A stretch of DNA of 63,547 nt, the filler included, from Octopus bimaculoides (Eukaryota), in NCBI RefSeq assembly GCF_001194135.2. It is 7 parts of 7 records of this genome, joined end to end, with 100 filler letters (N's around TTAATTAATTAA, not from the genome) between each part and the next. Parts side by side here need not be neighbours in the genome. Positions count along the whole stretch, not along the records: positions 62,246 to 63,547 come from NW_026408509.1; 6 more parts are not named here. One strand, written 5' to 3'. The notes beneath the pieces were generated by a model. The model saw only the letters and a list, made by a program, of their open reading frames with translations. It searched no databases and was not told where the DNA came from. The translations under genes were made by a program, and so were the position numbers. Below, in pieces: positions 62,557 to 63,547 of this stretch (the first letter of the stretch is position 1; every line of letters begins with the position of its first letter).

Positions 62557-62996
62557 GCATATATATATATAGCAGCCTAATCGAGTTTAGAGGGACCACA
62601 AGTTTAGGGTCCTGAAAACTTATGATTCATTAATTTTGCAGTAGAACCACCAAGCATGGTTACTGCATGGGAATGTGTAGGGGTGCGTTTGTATATGTGT
62701 ATGTGTTTGTGAGTGTGTGTGTTTGGGGGAGAGACAGACAGACAGACAGTGTGTGTATATGTGTTTGATGCTCAGTTTTCTTTGCTATTATCACCCATTA
62801 AAGCTTATAATCTCTAATACATTTTTTCACACTAATTTCTCGAAACTTAATTTTCTAACTTTGAAAATCAAATAATGAAAATAAAGCCATATTCCTCACA
62901 TGGAACAAGGGTGAACTTTGCTTCCTTCGAAGAATCTGTAGCATGAAAGTAATAACATTGAAGCCTATGATATTTTCTATTTTCTTTTACAGATTT

Positions 62997-63196
62997 ATGC
63001 CTGGAAATATGTTCCGTCAAACTATGTTCGTCCAAAGGATTTTTATGTTGATACTCTATACGAGATTGTTTTTAGGGGCTAATGCTGTTTCAGATACATG
63101 CACTTTATGTAATTGCAAATCGTATGGAAAAGTAAATTGTAAAAACCGCCGATTAACTTCAGTCCCCCAAAATATACCCCGAAATACTACATTTTT
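62997..63196 (+). CDS. Leucine-rich-repeat protein exon: signal peptide + LRRNT cap (Slit/LGR/Toll-like extracellular class; family not resolvable)
   Basis: Acceptor TTTCTTTTACAG ending 62992. In-frame Mets at 62997, 63009 and 63024. Hydrophobic leader followed by CTLCNC....VNCKNRRLTSVPQNIPRNTTFL (LRRNT consensus CxCxxxxVxCxxxxLxxVPxxIPxxTxxL). Donor TT|GTAAGT at 63197 (phase 2, inside the Leu codon). Confidence 0.8.
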
Positions 63197-63547
63197 GTAA
63201 GTACTTGACATTTGCTACATATTTTCCACATTCAATGTTTTAAACTCTCATCGATTATGTTCTTAGTTAATCGCTTATGTTGTTGATCTCACAGTTAGAG
63301 TAAAGCAGACTGACATGTTACTTGCTGTGAAGTCAAAGAAATTGTTTCTCATTCAATGTATACCTATACTGAATTTACATTGCATACACAATGATTTGGA
63401 TCTGACTACTATCTTCAGTCTATCCCTGTCCCTTTGCCCGCGTTCTACGCAGTCTCCTTCCAGGCACCTCGCCATTAGCTTCTACTCGTCGCTTGACAAG
63501 CTGTTCATTTGGCACTCAAACCAAAATTTTCACGTTTAAATTCTGCC

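Overview
Eukaryotic, AT-rich, repeat-dense draft-scaffold window. The tRNA-derived SINE families and microsatellite load point to a coleoid cephalopod, probably Octopus; this is an inference from repeat content. It is gapped, with many N runs, six of them carrying an artificial TTAATTAATTAA linker. Host genes appear only as isolated exons: (1) the first coding exon of a prolyl 4-hydroxylase alpha subunit (minus, 25918-26093); (2) a signal-peptide plus PAN/apple-like exon (plus, 18161-18499), apparently lying downstream of the P4HA exon on the opposite strand; (3) a signal-peptide plus LRR N-terminal-cap exon (plus, 62993-63196); (4) an unidentified, phase-consistent three-exon chain (minus, 4036-4780). 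The rest is decayed mobile DNA: several Penelope-like (GIY-YIG) fragments, two with inverted terminal copies, plus RTE, CR1-like, R4/Dong-like, HERO-like, Gypsy gag, Helitron, Sola2-like, and Tc1/piggyBac/hAT-type MITE pieces, and many SINEs. I see no prokaryotic features and no complete novel system that I can support. The best leads are the possible nested-gene arrangement, a pre-miRNA-like hairpin (38255-38328), a 1.9-kb Penelope palindrome with hammerhead remnants, and the unidentified exon chain. All alignments were done by eye and no database searches were run.
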